NCBI GenBank assembly: GCA_963777505.1
Contig: CAVZQN010000011.1
Coordinates: 195,775 to 259,774, forward strand
Source of the DNA: an uncultured bacterium
GTDB lineage: Bacteria; Acidobacteriota; HRBIN11; JAKEFK01
Direction of reading: 5' to 3'
Length of the DNA: 64,000 bases
In this document: in pieces, positions 48,983 to 59,734 of the stretch
How positions within the stretch are numbered: the stretch's first letter is position 1
How the letters are laid out: the number at the start of each line of letters is the position of its first letter
Made by a program: the position numbers and the translations under genes
Notes under the pieces: generated by a model
Told to the model about the DNA's origin: nothing
What the model saw: only the letters and a program-made list of their open reading frames with translations
The model's database searches: none

Positions 48983-49090
48983 TTTTTAACTCCAATGTAA
49001 TTTTTTCTATTTACAACTTATTCCGGTAGTTCAAGACATCAATATCTATCCACTTAGATAGTTAGAACAACGTTGCCCCTCGAAAATTTA

Positions 49091-49107
49091 ATGGCACACT
49101 TCCTGCT
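49091..49107 (+). promoter_or_regulatory. Sigma54 (-24/-12) promoter
   Basis: TGGCACACTTCCTGC: GG 49093-94, 10 nt, GC 49105-06. Confidence 0.7.
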
Positions 49108-49163
49108 CTTAAGTAGGGGCGACCCTTGTGGTCGCCCGCATAAGAAAAAATAGGAGGAAATGA

Positions 49164-49710
49164 ATGATTAGAAACTTCGCATGTCTCGTATTTGCTTTTG
49201 TTTTATTTCAAACTCTAGTTTTTGCAGAGTCCAGGGATTGGAATAATGTAAAAAGGTACAAGAAAGGGGAGAGTATCAGTATATTGAAGAAATCAGGAGG
49301 GTCGCTGGATGCAGAAATTGAAAAGGTAGAGAGATACAAAAATTTTAGTCAAAAATAAGCGAAGTAGATTTGAAGTTGTTTTACGCGATGATATTTCCAA
49401 AATCTACCGGAATGGAATTCCACTCGGAAAATCCATTTGGAGGGGCATTTTGATCGGCGCTGCATCAGGATTTGTTGTTGGGCTTATTGCTGAGTCGCAA
49501 TATACCGGGGCAGATGACGTAGGTCTTGCCACGATAATGTTCACCGCGTCTGGTGCTCCCATTGGGGCAGGAATGGGTGCACTGCAAAGTCTTTCATCAA
49601 GAAAACTCATTTACAATTCAGATACCGAAAAGACTGAGCAGGCTGCGGTAAAAATCAATTCACCGTATTGTGGATTCAGTTCATTACGATCGGGTGCAGG
49701 GGCAGACTAG
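49164..49710 (+). CDS. Exported protein with glycine-zipper-like helices, frameshift near 49330
   Basis: AGGAGG SD and signal peptide; second frame is open from DTKILVKN through GILIGAASG...GAPIGAGMG. Confidence 0.6.
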
Positions 49711-50252
49711 TCTTTGATACTTTCTTGAATTAGGTTCAATGCCTGTTTGGGACCGATCCGGCTCAGTACCTTAAATTTGCGTTTTCTCATGACGTTATAC
49801 GAAATGAAAAAATGTTCTATTTGATCGAGCAACGTTGAATCAAGGTCCTTTAACAACTTGATCTTTCTATATCGGTGGCTTTCCGTTGCTACGCCGATCA
49901 AACGGTCGTTTCGCGTTGTTTTTCCTTTTACCGTTTGTTTGGCTGTGATACCTCCGATGAGTCTGCATTGAACCAAACATCCGGGTACTGCTGGGGAATC
50001 CATCAAAACCAGTACATCTAAAGGATCACCATCTTCCCCAGATGTAGAAGGAATAAACCCAAAATCGAATGGAAAGACAGCGCCTTCAGTTAAAATATGG
50101 CTCAGTTTTATGCAATTGAACTCTGGATCATATTTGTATTTATTTCGGCTTCCTTGCGCGGTTTCAATAATCACATTCAAATGACGTGTTGAATCGAACG
50201 GACGTAGTTCGTTTATCGTTTTTATTACGGTCTTTTTGTTGGTCGTATCCAT
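49707..50252 (-). CDS. ppa: Inorganic pyrophosphatase
   Basis: GSRNKYKYD, FGFIPST, DGDPLDVLV. Confidence 0.93.
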   Translation of the reverse strand: MDTTNKKTVIKTINELRPFDSTRHLNVIIETAQGSRNKYKYDPEFNCIKLSHILTEGAVFPFDFGFIPSTSGEDGDPLDVLVLMDSPAVPGCLVQCRLIGGITAKQTVKGKTTRNDRLIGVATESHRYRKIKLLKDLDSTLLDQIEHFFISYNVMRKRKFKVLSRIGPKQALNLIQESIKD

Positions 50253-50290
50253 GTTCAGAAACTTATACCCTGAACATGGGAAAGCAATAC

Positions 50291-53011
50291 TCAGTTGACT
50301 TGAATGTACCCAAACCGGCCCGTGGTTTTTATAGCTTGAAATCCAATAGTTCCATTTGGTACCGCGCCTGCAGGTAAGGTGAGAACTGGCACACCATCGA
50401 TAGACAACTGAAAGCTGGTTCCATCGTAACTGAGATTTACAACGTAATTCACGTTCGGATCAATCGTTTGAATCGCTTTTCCTTTAGCAACAACAACTCC
50501 GCCTGAACGCTGCTTTAAGACCCAACGATTCTTTTCTTCTCTCATCATCAACTCGACCTTGTCGCCATTGCCCTGATGCCACGCGAAAACCGAAACACGA
50601 TTGAACGCACCACCGGCTGTTTGCATCTGAATTTCGATCGAACAAACGGAACATCCGGCAAAGACTGGAGTCGCAAAAGCAACCGCTTTCTTTCCCGATG
50701 GAGTTCCAGCTAACACGCCACCAGTTTCGGTCCATGCTGGCTTTTCATATGTCCAATCGAGTACTCCATCTTCAAATTCATCACAGAAAAGACAGGAGAC
50801 GTCGTTGATGTTGATCGAATAAGTTTTTGTTCCATCGCAACCGTTGGTGTCAACCGCAGTAACGGTAAAGTTCGAAGTTCCTGATGTATCTGGAGTCCCT
50901 GAGATCACACCGGAAGAACTCAATGTCAAATTAGAGGGCAATGAACCCGTTGTCACAGTGTATGTATATGGAGCTGTTCCACCGCTTGCAGTTAGAGTTT
51001 GATTGTAGGCTTGCCCGACTTCACCATCAGGCAGCGTTGAAGGAGCAATGGTAATCGTAGGGCATGTGAAGTTAACGATTGTGAAATTCGCATTGGAGAT
51101 GTCGAAGAAAATATTTCCGGCGGCGGCGATCTTCACTCGTGCCGTAGTTGTTGGATTTGCAGGAACATTGATCATTTCTGAACCATCATTCGGTGTATTC
51201 GAAGCCAAAGTAATTGGGAAACTGTTTCCACCATCAGTGGATAACAAGATGTCGACATTCAGGGCATTGACCGGTGCTCCTGAAGTTCCAGCAACATTCC
51301 ATGTCACAGTTTGCTGAGTGCCTGTATTCCACGTAACTGCAGTATTGGGTTGTGTCACTAGAAATGGACCGGCTCCAGAAGTTACATTGACTTGCATGCT
51401 ATCGATTTCTTGCCCACCCGCGCCGGCATGATTGTCGCGTACGCTGAAACGGAAATTTAATGCGCGGGTTGTTGTTGGAAGTGATTCTCCAATTGTGTTC
51501 GTGTTATTCAGAATATCGGAAAGCTTTGGAAATGTTCTTTGAGGTGAAGTAACAGGATCAAAGGATCGAAAGATCGGCCTGTTTCCATTATCTGTATTGG
51601 GTGGAGAAGCGGTACCTAGATTGAGTTGCTCCCAGCAATAGGTAAGCGTATCGCCATCTGAGTCACTGCCTGAACCTGTAAGCGTAAAGGGTGTGGATCT
51701 TGGAATTGTATAATTGCTTCCAGCTTCTGCTGTCGGAGTAGAATGTCCGGCATTCGTTAAGACAGCACAGGAAGAGCCTCCTCCGGTACTGACAAAAGCA
51801 AACATTTCATTAAAACTGCCTACATGAAAATAGTCATCACTATTGGGTTGAAGATTTTCGGCTCCACAGATTCCTGCATAAGACATAATCGTTGAACCGC
51901 TTCCAGGTTCGTATGCTGTACTTGCATTACGGTTTCCACCGCATGAGCCCGTAGTGCCATTAAAAGAATGATTGCCATCAAATTGGTGTCCCATTTCGTG
52001 GGAAACATAATCAACATCAAATACATCACCTTCAGGATTGTCTAACGAAGTCACACCAAAAGCCTTTTGTCCGTTTGCACAAACGACTCCTAATCCTGCA
52101 ACACCGCCACCGCCATTACTTCCAAAGACATGTCCAATGTCGTAATTTGCGCTGCCAATTCTTGTGTCGAGTGTGGTTTGATTTTGACCCAACATCGCAC
52201 CCGCATTCCCATCAGAATAAGGATCCGTTGCGGGGTTTGTAAAAATTACGCTGGTTTCATTTGCCACTAGATTCATGCGGACAGCGAAGTCGCGTTCATA
52301 GATTCCATTGACGCGATTCATTGATGTTGTGATCGCTGCGAGCGCATCGTTGACTGTCCCTCCATGAAATTGGGTGTATTCTCCAGTCGCGCCGATCGCA
52401 ACCCGATACGAACGTAAATTAACAACCGCTAATGGAGCCGTCATTTCGATTTGCTTATCGCGATTCACTGAATTTCCAACATGACATTCAAAAGGCTTTA
52501 TATTCAAATCTTTTTTGTAATAACTCATGTAATGGAAGGCATCTTTTGTACGGTATGGATCGATCAATACGGTACCTTTAGGGGAAAGTACCATTGCATG
52601 AAAACCATGTGGCGTTAGATCGCACCGAAGGGTTGCTGAAGGATCATCAATGCCATTACCAATAAACGTCTTGATTTCGGGAAAGCGGGCTGCGAGTCCC
52701 GGTTCCATGATCGTTGACTCTTCAATGCGAAATCGTCGATATGTACCGTCAGGAAATGGCAGCTCAATGTGTACTGATGAATTTTTCGCGGCAGGAGAAA
52801 ATTCAGGCGGAGCCTGCCTTAGAAGCATTTGCAATGTGGGTAAATTCAACCGATATGTCTGATAGCGGTCTGGAAAAATTCTTCGATCGCCGGCAGAGGC
52901 CGGGATGTTTTGCTCAGAAATACTCTCCCACACTTGATCGGAAGATGATTGAGCAAATGCAAACGAACTTAGGAAAATAACAAAAAATGCAATCAGCCTG
53001 ATTTGAATCAT
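50291..53011 (-). CDS. Exported reprolysin-like (M12B) zinc metallopeptidase with Ig domains
   Basis: HEMGHQFDGNH, GSTIMSY Met-turn, He_PIG-like LPDGEVGQAY...ISGTP. Confidence 0.9.
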   Translation of the reverse strand: MIQIRLIAFFVIFLSSFAFAQSSSDQVWESISEQNIPASAGDRRIFPDRYQTYRLNLPTLQMLLRQAPPEFSPAAKNSSVHIELPFPDGTYRRFRIEESTIMEPGLAARFPEIKTFIGNGIDDPSATLRCDLTPHGFHAMVLSPKGTVLIDPYRTKDAFHYMSYYKKDLNIKPFECHVGNSVNRDKQIEMTAPLAVVNLRSYRVAIGATGEYTQFHGGTVNDALAAITTSMNRVNGIYERDFAVRMNLVANETSVIFTNPATDPYSDGNAGAMLGQNQTTLDTRIGSANYDIGHVFGSNGGGGVAGLGVVCANGQKAFGVTSLDNPEGDVFDVDYVSHEMGHQFDGNHSFNGTTGSCGGNRNASTAYEPGSGSTIMSYAGICGAENLQPNSDDYFHVGSFNEMFAFVSTGGGSSCAVLTNAGHSTPTAEAGSNYTIPRSTPFTLTGSGSDSDGDTLTYCWEQLNLGTASPPNTDNGNRPIFRSFDPVTSPQRTFPKLSDILNNTNTIGESLPTTTRALNFRFSVRDNHAGAGGQEIDSMQVNVTSGAGPFLVTQPNTAVTWNTGTQQTVTWNVAGTSGAPVNALNVDILLSTDGGNSFPITLASNTPNDGSEMINVPANPTTTARVKIAAAGNIFFDISNANFTIVNFTCPTITIAPSTLPDGEVGQAYNQTLTASGGTAPYTYTVTTGSLPSNLTLSSSGVISGTPDTSGTSNFTVTAVDTNGCDGTKTYSININDVSCLFCDEFEDGVLDWTYEKPAWTETGGVLAGTPSGKKAVAFATPVFAGCSVCSIEIQMQTAGGAFNRVSVFAWHQGNGDKVELMMREEKNRWVLKQRSGGVVVAKGKAIQTIDPNVNYVVNLSYDGTSFQLSIDGVPVLTLPAGAVPNGTIGFQAIKTTGRFGYIQVN

Positions 53012-53096
53012 GAGTCCACTCCCTTTGGTATTATGCTACTGTAATTTGATTGTGGCGGAAAGAGGTGAACGAGCTTCGTGCAATGCTTTGAAACTC

Positions 53097-53161
53097 GATA
53101 GCCCCCGGCGTGGCCGGGGGTAAATGACTGGAGAAATGAACTCCCGCTTCAAGCGGGCGAT
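53097..53161. repeat. Double-hairpin REP-like element (also 61565-61630)
   Basis: TAGCCCCCGGC...GCCGGGGG followed by CCCGC....GCGGGC in both copies. Confidence 0.75.
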
Positions 53162-53276
53162 TGATATGCGAGTCATTATTTAAGCCGGGGATCAACGGAA
53201 CTGGTGCTTCCAGCCGGCCATAAATGAAACCACTTAACCGCAGAGACACAAAGCTTTGTTACTTCAGAGGTGAAGG

Positions 53277-53549
53277 ATGTTGTTCATGATCATTGAACAT
53301 TTTAAAGAAGGGGCTGTAAAAGACATTTATCAAAGATTTGATGAGAAGGGCAGAATGATGCCGGAAGAAGTTACCTACATCAATAGTTGGGTGGAGAATG
53401 ATTTCAAACGATGTTATCAGGTGATGGAATGTTCCGATCGGGCATTGCTCGATGAATGGATATCGAATTGGAAGGATCTTGTTGATTTTGAAGTAATCCC
53501 TGTTATGACATCCGCAGAAGCCCGCCAGCGCTGGAAAAAGATAACCTAA
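53277..53549 (+). CDS. DUF3303 family protein
   Basis: MLFMIIEHF, GRMMPE, RCYQVMEC, WKDLVDFEVIPV. Confidence 0.85.
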   Translation: MLFMIIEHFKEGAVKDIYQRFDEKGRMMPEEVTYINSWVENDFKRCYQVMECSDRALLDEWISNWKDLVDFEVIPVMTSAEARQRWKKIT

Positions 53550-53959
53550 ATATCGACGATGTTCACTTCAGAGGTTAGGGTTCGATGAACGGGACATCGT
53601 TTCGCAATTTCGCGCAAGCGTGATTGTTGTTCGTCTGTCAAATTCCCTTCTAATTTGATTTCGCGCTTAATTTGATCGATCTTGCCTTCCTTTGTTTCAC
53701 ATTCTGAGCAATCTTTTGCGTAGATTTTTTCGATCGATAAATTAACATGCACATTTTGCAGATCCCAGTTCTTGTTCTGTGCGTACAATTTCAGGGTCAT
53801 TGATGTACAAGCGCCAAGAGCAGCAAGCAAAAGTGAATATGGATCGGGACCTTGATCGGTTCCGCCTGCTTCAAATGGCTCGTCTGCAACGAGGTTGTGA
53901 TTTCCTGCAACAATCTGTTGCTTTAATTGCTCTTTGGAATGAACAGTTACCGTTGCCAT
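53546..53959 (-). CDS. OsmC family protein
   Basis: ADEP..AGG.DQGPDP, LGACT, RCPVHRTL. Confidence 0.92.
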   Translation of the reverse strand: MATVTVHSKEQLKQQIVAGNHNLVADEPFEAGGTDQGPDPYSLLLAALGACTSMTLKLYAQNKNWDLQNVHVNLSIEKIYAKDCSECETKEGKIDQIKREIKLEGNLTDEQQSRLREIAKRCPVHRTLTSEVNIVDI

Positions 53960-54016
53960 TAGTTCCTCCGTTAAGATTTAGCATCAGGGATCGGGGCGTC
54001 ACGCCTGCTAAAAATT

Positions 54017-54066
54017 GCGGACTGGAAGTCCGCGGTCCCTTATGCAGGCTGGAAGCCTGCGGTCCC
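54017..54066. repeat. Two tandem REP hairpins GCRGRCTGGAAGYCYGCGGTCCC
   Basis: Directly visible direct repeat of palindromic units. Confidence 0.8.
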
Positions 54067-54150
54067 ATAATACTATCGAATAAGTGGACTTGTTGAATAT
54101 GTCAAATGTGGTCGTTTACACAATCCATTTTTTTGACGGATGATTAAAGC

Positions 54151-54552
54151 ATGGCAATCGAATACAAGGTGAATTATCCAATTTCAGTTGAACAAGCAAT
54201 CGATGTTTATGTCCGTTCAACGCTTGGTGAACGAAGGCCAGTTAGCCGTCCGGATATTTTTCGGAAAATGCTGGAGCATGCTGACCTTTTAATTACTGCT
54301 TGGGATGGAGATCTTCTGGTGGGTGTCGCGCGAACTCTAACCGATTTTGCTTATTGCGCATACCTCGCCGATCTTGCAGTAGATGAAGCGTATCAAAAGC
54401 AAGGGATCGGAAAGCACCTCATCGAGTTGACTGCGACAAATCTGGAACCATCCGCATACATTACGCTACTCGCTGCACCCAAAGCAACGGAATACTACGC
54501 AAAAGTTGGATTTGAACATCACGCAAGCGCATGGATGATGAGACTACGATAA
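54151..54552 (+). CDS. GNAT family N-acetyltransferase
   Basis: AYLADLAVDEAYQKQGIG, YYAKVGF. Confidence 0.92.
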   Translation: MAIEYKVNYPISVEQAIDVYVRSTLGERRPVSRPDIFRKMLEHADLLITAWDGDLLVGVARTLTDFAYCAYLADLAVDEAYQKQGIGKHLIELTATNLEPSAYITLLAAPKATEYYAKVGFEHHASAWMMRLR

Positions 54553-54564
54553 AATAGTCTATTC

Positions 54565-56130
54565 ATGGTAGAACGAGAAATTCCAGATTCAGTCATCAGA
54601 CGTCTGCGTGCGAATTTAAGCGCTGCTCAGATTCCGATCACCGATCAGGATTTGGAAGGAATGATCGAGCGCGGCTTCTTACAAGTTCCGCTCACCTTTG
54701 AAGAATTCATCGAATCGATTGATACTGCGATCATTCCTGACTATCTCAGTGTCTCCGCGGTAAAACCAACTGAGTCTGCCATCGCACAAGATGTCCCTGG
54801 TTCGATAGAGGATACTGCAGCAAAAATAAAGCGCGGCGAGGTCTCCGTAACGGAGTTGGTTGAACGAACGTTAAGCCGCATTGAAGAACGCAATCCAATC
54901 CTGAATGCATTTCAGCTGGTTTGTTCAGATTACGCGAGATCAAAAGCGAAGGAAATGGATCGTGAAATTGCAGCAGGAAAGTATCGCGGACTTTTGCATG
55001 GCATTCCTGTCGCAGTGAAGGATCTGCTTGCGATGAAAGGCACGATAACCACTGCAGGCTCAAAAATTTTCGCCGATCGGATTACGAATTATGATTCAGC
55101 TGCCGTTGAACGGCTGGAGGCTGCCGGCGCAATTATTGTTGGCAAGACGCGCATGTCTGAATTTGCCTACTCACCTGGATCAAACAATGCGCATTATGGT
55201 CCAACACACAACCCGCACAATTTGGAACATGATACAGGAGGATCGAGCAGCGGTTCCGGCGCTGCTGTGGCTGATGGGATTGTCGATATAGCCATTGGTT
55301 CGGATACCGGTGGATCGATCCGCATTCCTGCATCGCAATGTGGAATTGTCGGTTTAAAGCCGACATTTGGACGTGTCAGTTTATATGGAGCGGATACTCT
55401 TTCATGGTCATTGGATCATCTCGGACCGCTCGCGCGAAATGTCCGCGATGCCGCAATTTTGTTTACTGTTCTTGCGGGCTATGATCCACGAGATCCACGA
55501 ACCCGCAATATTCCCGTTCCGAGTCTTCAAGAATTGGAGATGGAAAGTCGTGGAATTCGAATTGGTGTGCTTTGCGAAGATGGATCAAATCGTCCGCTCG
55601 CAGAAAACGAAGCACTCGAAGCATGGCATTCAGGGTTAAAAGTGTTGGAGAAAAATGGAGCGGTGCTTGTCGATCTTAATTTGCCGGACTTCCATTCACT
55701 GCGCGTTTTGAATAGCTCAATCATTGCGATGGAAGCAGCTTCATTTCATGCGCCGATGCTGCGGCAAAGGTTATACGATACCGGTGAATTTTTCAGACAA
55801 CGTGTGCTGGCAGCATTTGCATTTGGTCCAACTGCATTTGTGCGCGCCAATCAAGCACGCGCATTGCTGCGGCAACGAATGGACAAAATTTTTCAGCATG
55901 TCGATCTGCTTAGCACACCTACAATGCCATCCGGTGCACCGCGTCTCGGAATTCCTGGATCGACTTCGCTAACTGGTCCATTCAATCTACTCGGATGGCC
56001 AACGATCAGCGTTCCTGTTGGCAAAACTTCCGAAGGCTTGCCTCTCGGTTTACAACTTGCGGGCAAACCCTGGGATGAGGCGATGGTGCTTAAAGCCGCT
56101 CGTGTTTTAGAATTATCTTTACAATCATGA
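54565..56130 (+). CDS. Amidase signature family protein (GatA-like)
   Basis: PVAVKD, GGSSSGSG, GSDTGGSIRIPA. Confidence 0.93.
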   Translation: MVEREIPDSVIRRLRANLSAAQIPITDQDLEGMIERGFLQVPLTFEEFIESIDTAIIPDYLSVSAVKPTESAIAQDVPGSIEDTAAKIKRGEVSVTELVERTLSRIEERNPILNAFQLVCSDYARSKAKEMDREIAAGKYRGLLHGIPVAVKDLLAMKGTITTAGSKIFADRITNYDSAAVERLEAAGAIIVGKTRMSEFAYSPGSNNAHYGPTHNPHNLEHDTGGSSSGSGAAVADGIVDIAIGSDTGGSIRIPASQCGIVGLKPTFGRVSLYGADTLSWSLDHLGPLARNVRDAAILFTVLAGYDPRDPRTRNIPVPSLQELEMESRGIRIGVLCEDGSNRPLAENEALEAWHSGLKVLEKNGAVLVDLNLPDFHSLRVLNSSIIAMEAASFHAPMLRQRLYDTGEFFRQRVLAAFAFGPTAFVRANQARALLRQRMDKIFQHVDLLSTPTMPSGAPRLGIPGSTSLTGPFNLLGWPTISVPVGKTSEGLPLGLQLAGKPWDEAMVLKAARVLELSLQS

Positions 56131-57131
56131 GACTTTTAGCGTTGTTCATTCTTTTGCTTAATGCTTTTCCCATTTTTGCGGCATGCAATCCTGATGAGTA
56201 CTCAATGGATCCTTCGGCTGATCTCAAGTGCAAATTCATGAACTGGGAAGAACAGCCGACGAAATCGAATCTGATTCCGCTACTTCGATCCTTGTTCTAT
56301 GTATATGCAAGCAACGGCGAAGACCAGACGATGAAAAAGTTTTTCGATGGAATGAGGAAGGGGGATCAATCGTTCAGCCATGCGATTTCATTCCGCGATG
56401 AATTACTGCTCAAATACACGTTCGCAGATTCAAGCAATGTCGAAACATCCGGTATTTGGGCCATGCAAGCGTACGATGCGAGGATGTTATTCATCCTGAC
56501 TCAAACAGATCCGTATTCCATATCTCGAGACATAACGGCCGCAATGTATCTTTCAGTCTACGATGAGTTCAAGCGGTTTTTCTGTTTGCAGACGGACAGC
56601 GATTCAATCGGAATATTGCCTGCGAATGAATATGTACGTCTACTTGAGATTTTGCGCCGAATGGATTGGCTTCATGATCCATTTTTGAAGTCAACTAACT
56701 TGATGTATCAAGGAATTGTGAACATCAATCTTCAGGCCCGGGCGGAAGCTGACAAATCTTTAAACCAGGCGCGTGAATTATTAGATCGATGCTTTGATAC
56801 TGCCGATGGAAAACTCTCAAAGAAACGGATATTAAGATCCAGAGCCGCTGTAAATTTTGCATTAGAAAATATGATTGAAGCGCAGTCGGATTATTACAGA
56901 ATCTTGAAGATAGATCCGGAAGATGGCACAGCGCTGTTGGATTTAAGTTATGTTTTGAATGAAAGGGGTGAATGTAAGGAACGTGGCGTATGGATTGAAG
57001 CCTCAATCAGGTCAGATCAAACTGAATATGAAATTGTGATCCACTGCGGTAATCAGCTCTACGAATTCGATGAATACGTTACGGAACCACCAGCGGTTGC
57101 TACGCTATTTGGTTTGAGCTTGCGAGGTTAA
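56127..57131 (+). CDS. Exported hypothetical protein with TPR-like repeats
   Basis: Signal peptide; AQSDYYRILKIDPED TPR pattern. Confidence 0.65.
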   Translation: MRLLALFILLLNAFPIFAACNPDEYSMDPSADLKCKFMNWEEQPTKSNLIPLLRSLFYVYASNGEDQTMKKFFDGMRKGDQSFSHAISFRDELLLKYTFADSSNVETSGIWAMQAYDARMLFILTQTDPYSISRDITAAMYLSVYDEFKRFFCLQTDSDSIGILPANEYVRLLEILRRMDWLHDPFLKSTNLMYQGIVNINLQARAEADKSLNQARELLDRCFDTADGKLSKKRILRSRAAVNFALENMIEAQSDYYRILKIDPEDGTALLDLSYVLNERGECKERGVWIEASIRSDQTEYEIVIHCGNQLYEFDEYVTEPPAVATLFGLSLRG

Positions 57132-58395
57132 TTCGGAAGGTAATTTCGGAAACATCAGCAGTTCTTCAAATTCTTTCCAGCGTTTTTCTGAATCTCCGCC
57201 GCTTCTTGATTCAACATACTTTCTTGAAAGATCCTGACCCAGGTTGTAGTTGATCACATAACTCCTGTATTGATCAAAAAATCGCACGCGCCTTTTTGCA
57301 AGATCAGGTAGCATCAAGGCATATTTTTGCAGGATTTCTGCAGCCTGTTCACCATTGATTTCTCCATTGATATATTTTCGTGCGGCTATATTTCCTGCAT
57401 GTTCAAGCTTCTCAACCAGTGCCATAACTTTGTAATACGTATCAGCAGTTTCTAGGGTTCAGACCGGCTAAAGGAAATAAGACTTCTGTTTCATATTTCA
57501 CTCGCTCATTTCCAGGAAAAGCAACTTCAATGCCGTAGTTGGCAGTCCCTTCTGCGATCAATGAAAGGGGACTGAACAGCGGGTAAACCGAAAATTCTTT
57601 CCACCCTTTGTCCCGAACAAGATTTTTTTCAATTAGCAAATTTAAGACATGATGGCCGGGATAACCTTCATGACACGCGAGGTCAATCGCGCGATCAATG
57701 GCTATCGGAAGATCGGTGTTGACCTGAATGATGCTTCTATAATTTCCCTGGTACCAGTTGTAGCCACTCCATGATTTTCCTTGAACATATTCGACAGTGA
57801 AATTCTCTTCGGCAGGAAGCTGAATGTGCTTCGCCGTTCGCGACTTGCATTCCTGAATCGCCATTTTGAAAACAGTATCAACTTTTTCTTTAGGGATCAT
57901 GAAGCCTTTCTTGAATGCTTCGTAGCGAGGCTGGAGGTCACCGGTTCCTGGGATGAGTTTATCGATTTGGTTGAGAAGAGGCTGAAAATCTTCTTCCTTA
58001 TATATAGGCGCGACTGCATCGTATAAGGCCTGCGATTCTTCATCAAATGTCATTTTCTTCTTTTGTAAGATTTGGATACGCGCCAGAAGTGCCGCCAATT
58101 GCCGGCTGGTGAATTTTAATCGGCGCTGTTCAAGCGGATTCAGCTTCGAAGAATCGACATCTTTAAAAGCCTTCGCAAGCTCACTACTTTCAGATGCGAT
58201 TTGATCCAAAGTCTTGGGAGATTTTTTGACTTCCTCGCGCCATTCAGGCGGACCGTAATAGGCATCGACATAATCTTTATCAAGTTCTCCAAGAGCCAGA
58301 GCCAACTTTACATACCGCTCCGCTAAATTATTCAAATCGATTATCGGCGTAGTCATCATAAATGACAGAACGAATGCAATTGCTGTTTTAAACAT
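57105..58395 (-). CDS. DUF885-like putative zinc metallopeptidase, one frameshift near 57450
   Basis: HEGYPGHH and AEG motifs; removing one base joins LNP to ETADTYYKVMALVE...SYVINYNLG. Confidence 0.7.
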
Positions 58396-58462
58396 TTACG
58401 GATTGTACTACGAATTTTACCGCCAAGTCGCAAAGGATCTTGGCGTCAGGGCGGTTGATGAG

Positions 58463-59734
58463 CTAGTAACTTGCGGCGCGAAATGCGGGAAGGGAAGCCT
58501 GTGGACCAGAAGTATGCGGGCCGTCCGCGTCATCATGAACTTCTGTCAATAAACGATTCATCCGGATCCACGTTTGATCCCATGACAAATTCCAAAGATA
58601 TGCATCAACTTTGTTGAGCCAATCAGTTCCTAGGGCAAATGATTTCTGAATGCTCGTAATAAACCCCGCTGGATCATCGGCAATGCAAACTAATCCACGC
58701 TCTCCATAAGGACGTACAACTTCAGGAATTGAAGTTGAAACTACAGGCTTTCCTGCAGCTAGAAATTCTGTCGTTTTTGTCGGACTGATGTGACCAGTGG
58801 CATCATTTCGAACAAATGGAATGACTGCAACATCCCATCCTGAAACATAAGCCGGCAAACTTCTATAATCTCTTTCCCCAAGATAATAAATATTCGGACG
58901 CTTCGGAAGTTGTTCTGGATCAATTTTCAAAACCGGTCCCACAAAAACCCAATTCCATTCCGGACGCTGAGCCGCAACAGCATCGATCAGTTCGTGATCC
59001 ATTCTTTCATCAATCACACCGTAATAACCGATGCGCGGATTCGGAATTTCACGTTGATCTATAGGATCGATCTGAAAAGCCCGTGCTTTTGAAAAATGAT
59101 CAAAATCAATACTGCTTGGAAATGCATGAATATTTGAATGAAGCCGGGATCTTACCTGGAACAAAGTTAACCCTTCAGTAAAAACCAGATCGCTAATTGT
59201 CATCAGGTTACTCTCAGATTCCTGAGGTTCTGATGGCTCTCCATCGTATCCCAAAAGTTCATCCATGCAATCATAAACAATGAATTTCGGATTTAAATGC
59301 GAAGTGTATGGGAGAAACATTGGACTGTTATACCAACTAACGAAGCTGTTAATTTTTTGACGAAAAACGAAATCGGATAGAAGTTTCTGCTGAACACTGA
59401 TTCTATCCGCTTCAGGGGAAATATGCGGAGTAACCAGCAGTACACCAGATGCAAGTTTCGAAATGCGAAGAAGATTTGTCCCACGTTCAATGACCGGCGA
59501 CTCAATGAAAAAAACGCGTCGCGTTTTTGCCCAACGGCTCATCAAATACTGTGGTCTCTGAAAAACTTGATTCCATCGAATTTGAGAAAAGCAAACTAGA
59601 TCAAGATTTGAAGGAAGTACTCCATGCTGTGATTTAAAACAATTTGAATGTTCCGGCGCATAACAACACGCCTGCTTTCTCACCATTGGAACTCTGGTCT
59701 GTGAAAGGCTCCCTCGAATGATAATGTCTTGCAT
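58463..59734 (-). CDS. Glycosyltransferase (GT4-like)
   Basis: FQRPQYLM, VYDCMDEL, YYGVIDERMD, SPTKTTEFLAAGKPVVST; GAGGAG SD before ATG 59734. Confidence 0.88.
   Translation of the reverse strand: MQDIIIRGSLSQTRVPMVRKQACCYAPEHSNCFKSQHGVLPSNLDLVCFSQIRWNQVFQRPQYLMSRWAKTRRVFFIESPVIERGTNLLRISKLASGVLLVTPHISPEADRISVQQKLLSDFVFRQKINSFVSWYNSPMFLPYTSHLNPKFIVYDCMDELLGYDGEPSEPQESESNLMTISDLVFTEGLTLFQVRSRLHSNIHAFPSSIDFDHFSKARAFQIDPIDQREIPNPRIGYYGVIDERMDHELIDAVAAQRPEWNWVFVGPVLKIDPEQLPKRPNIYYLGERDYRSLPAYVSGWDVAVIPFVRNDATGHISPTKTTEFLAAGKPVVSTSIPEVVRPYGERGLVCIADDPAGFITSIQKSFALGTDWLNKVDAYLWNLSWDQTWIRMNRLLTEVHDDADGPHTSGPQASLPAFRAASY

Noticed and set aside
57442-57444. TGA after Cys (RNC*) as selenocysteine
   Set aside because: The continuation is in another frame; a one-base insertion explains it
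58463-58520. GT C-terminal tail GPQASLPA as a functional motif
   Set aside because: It resembles a degenerate copy of the REP at 54017-54066 read in frame
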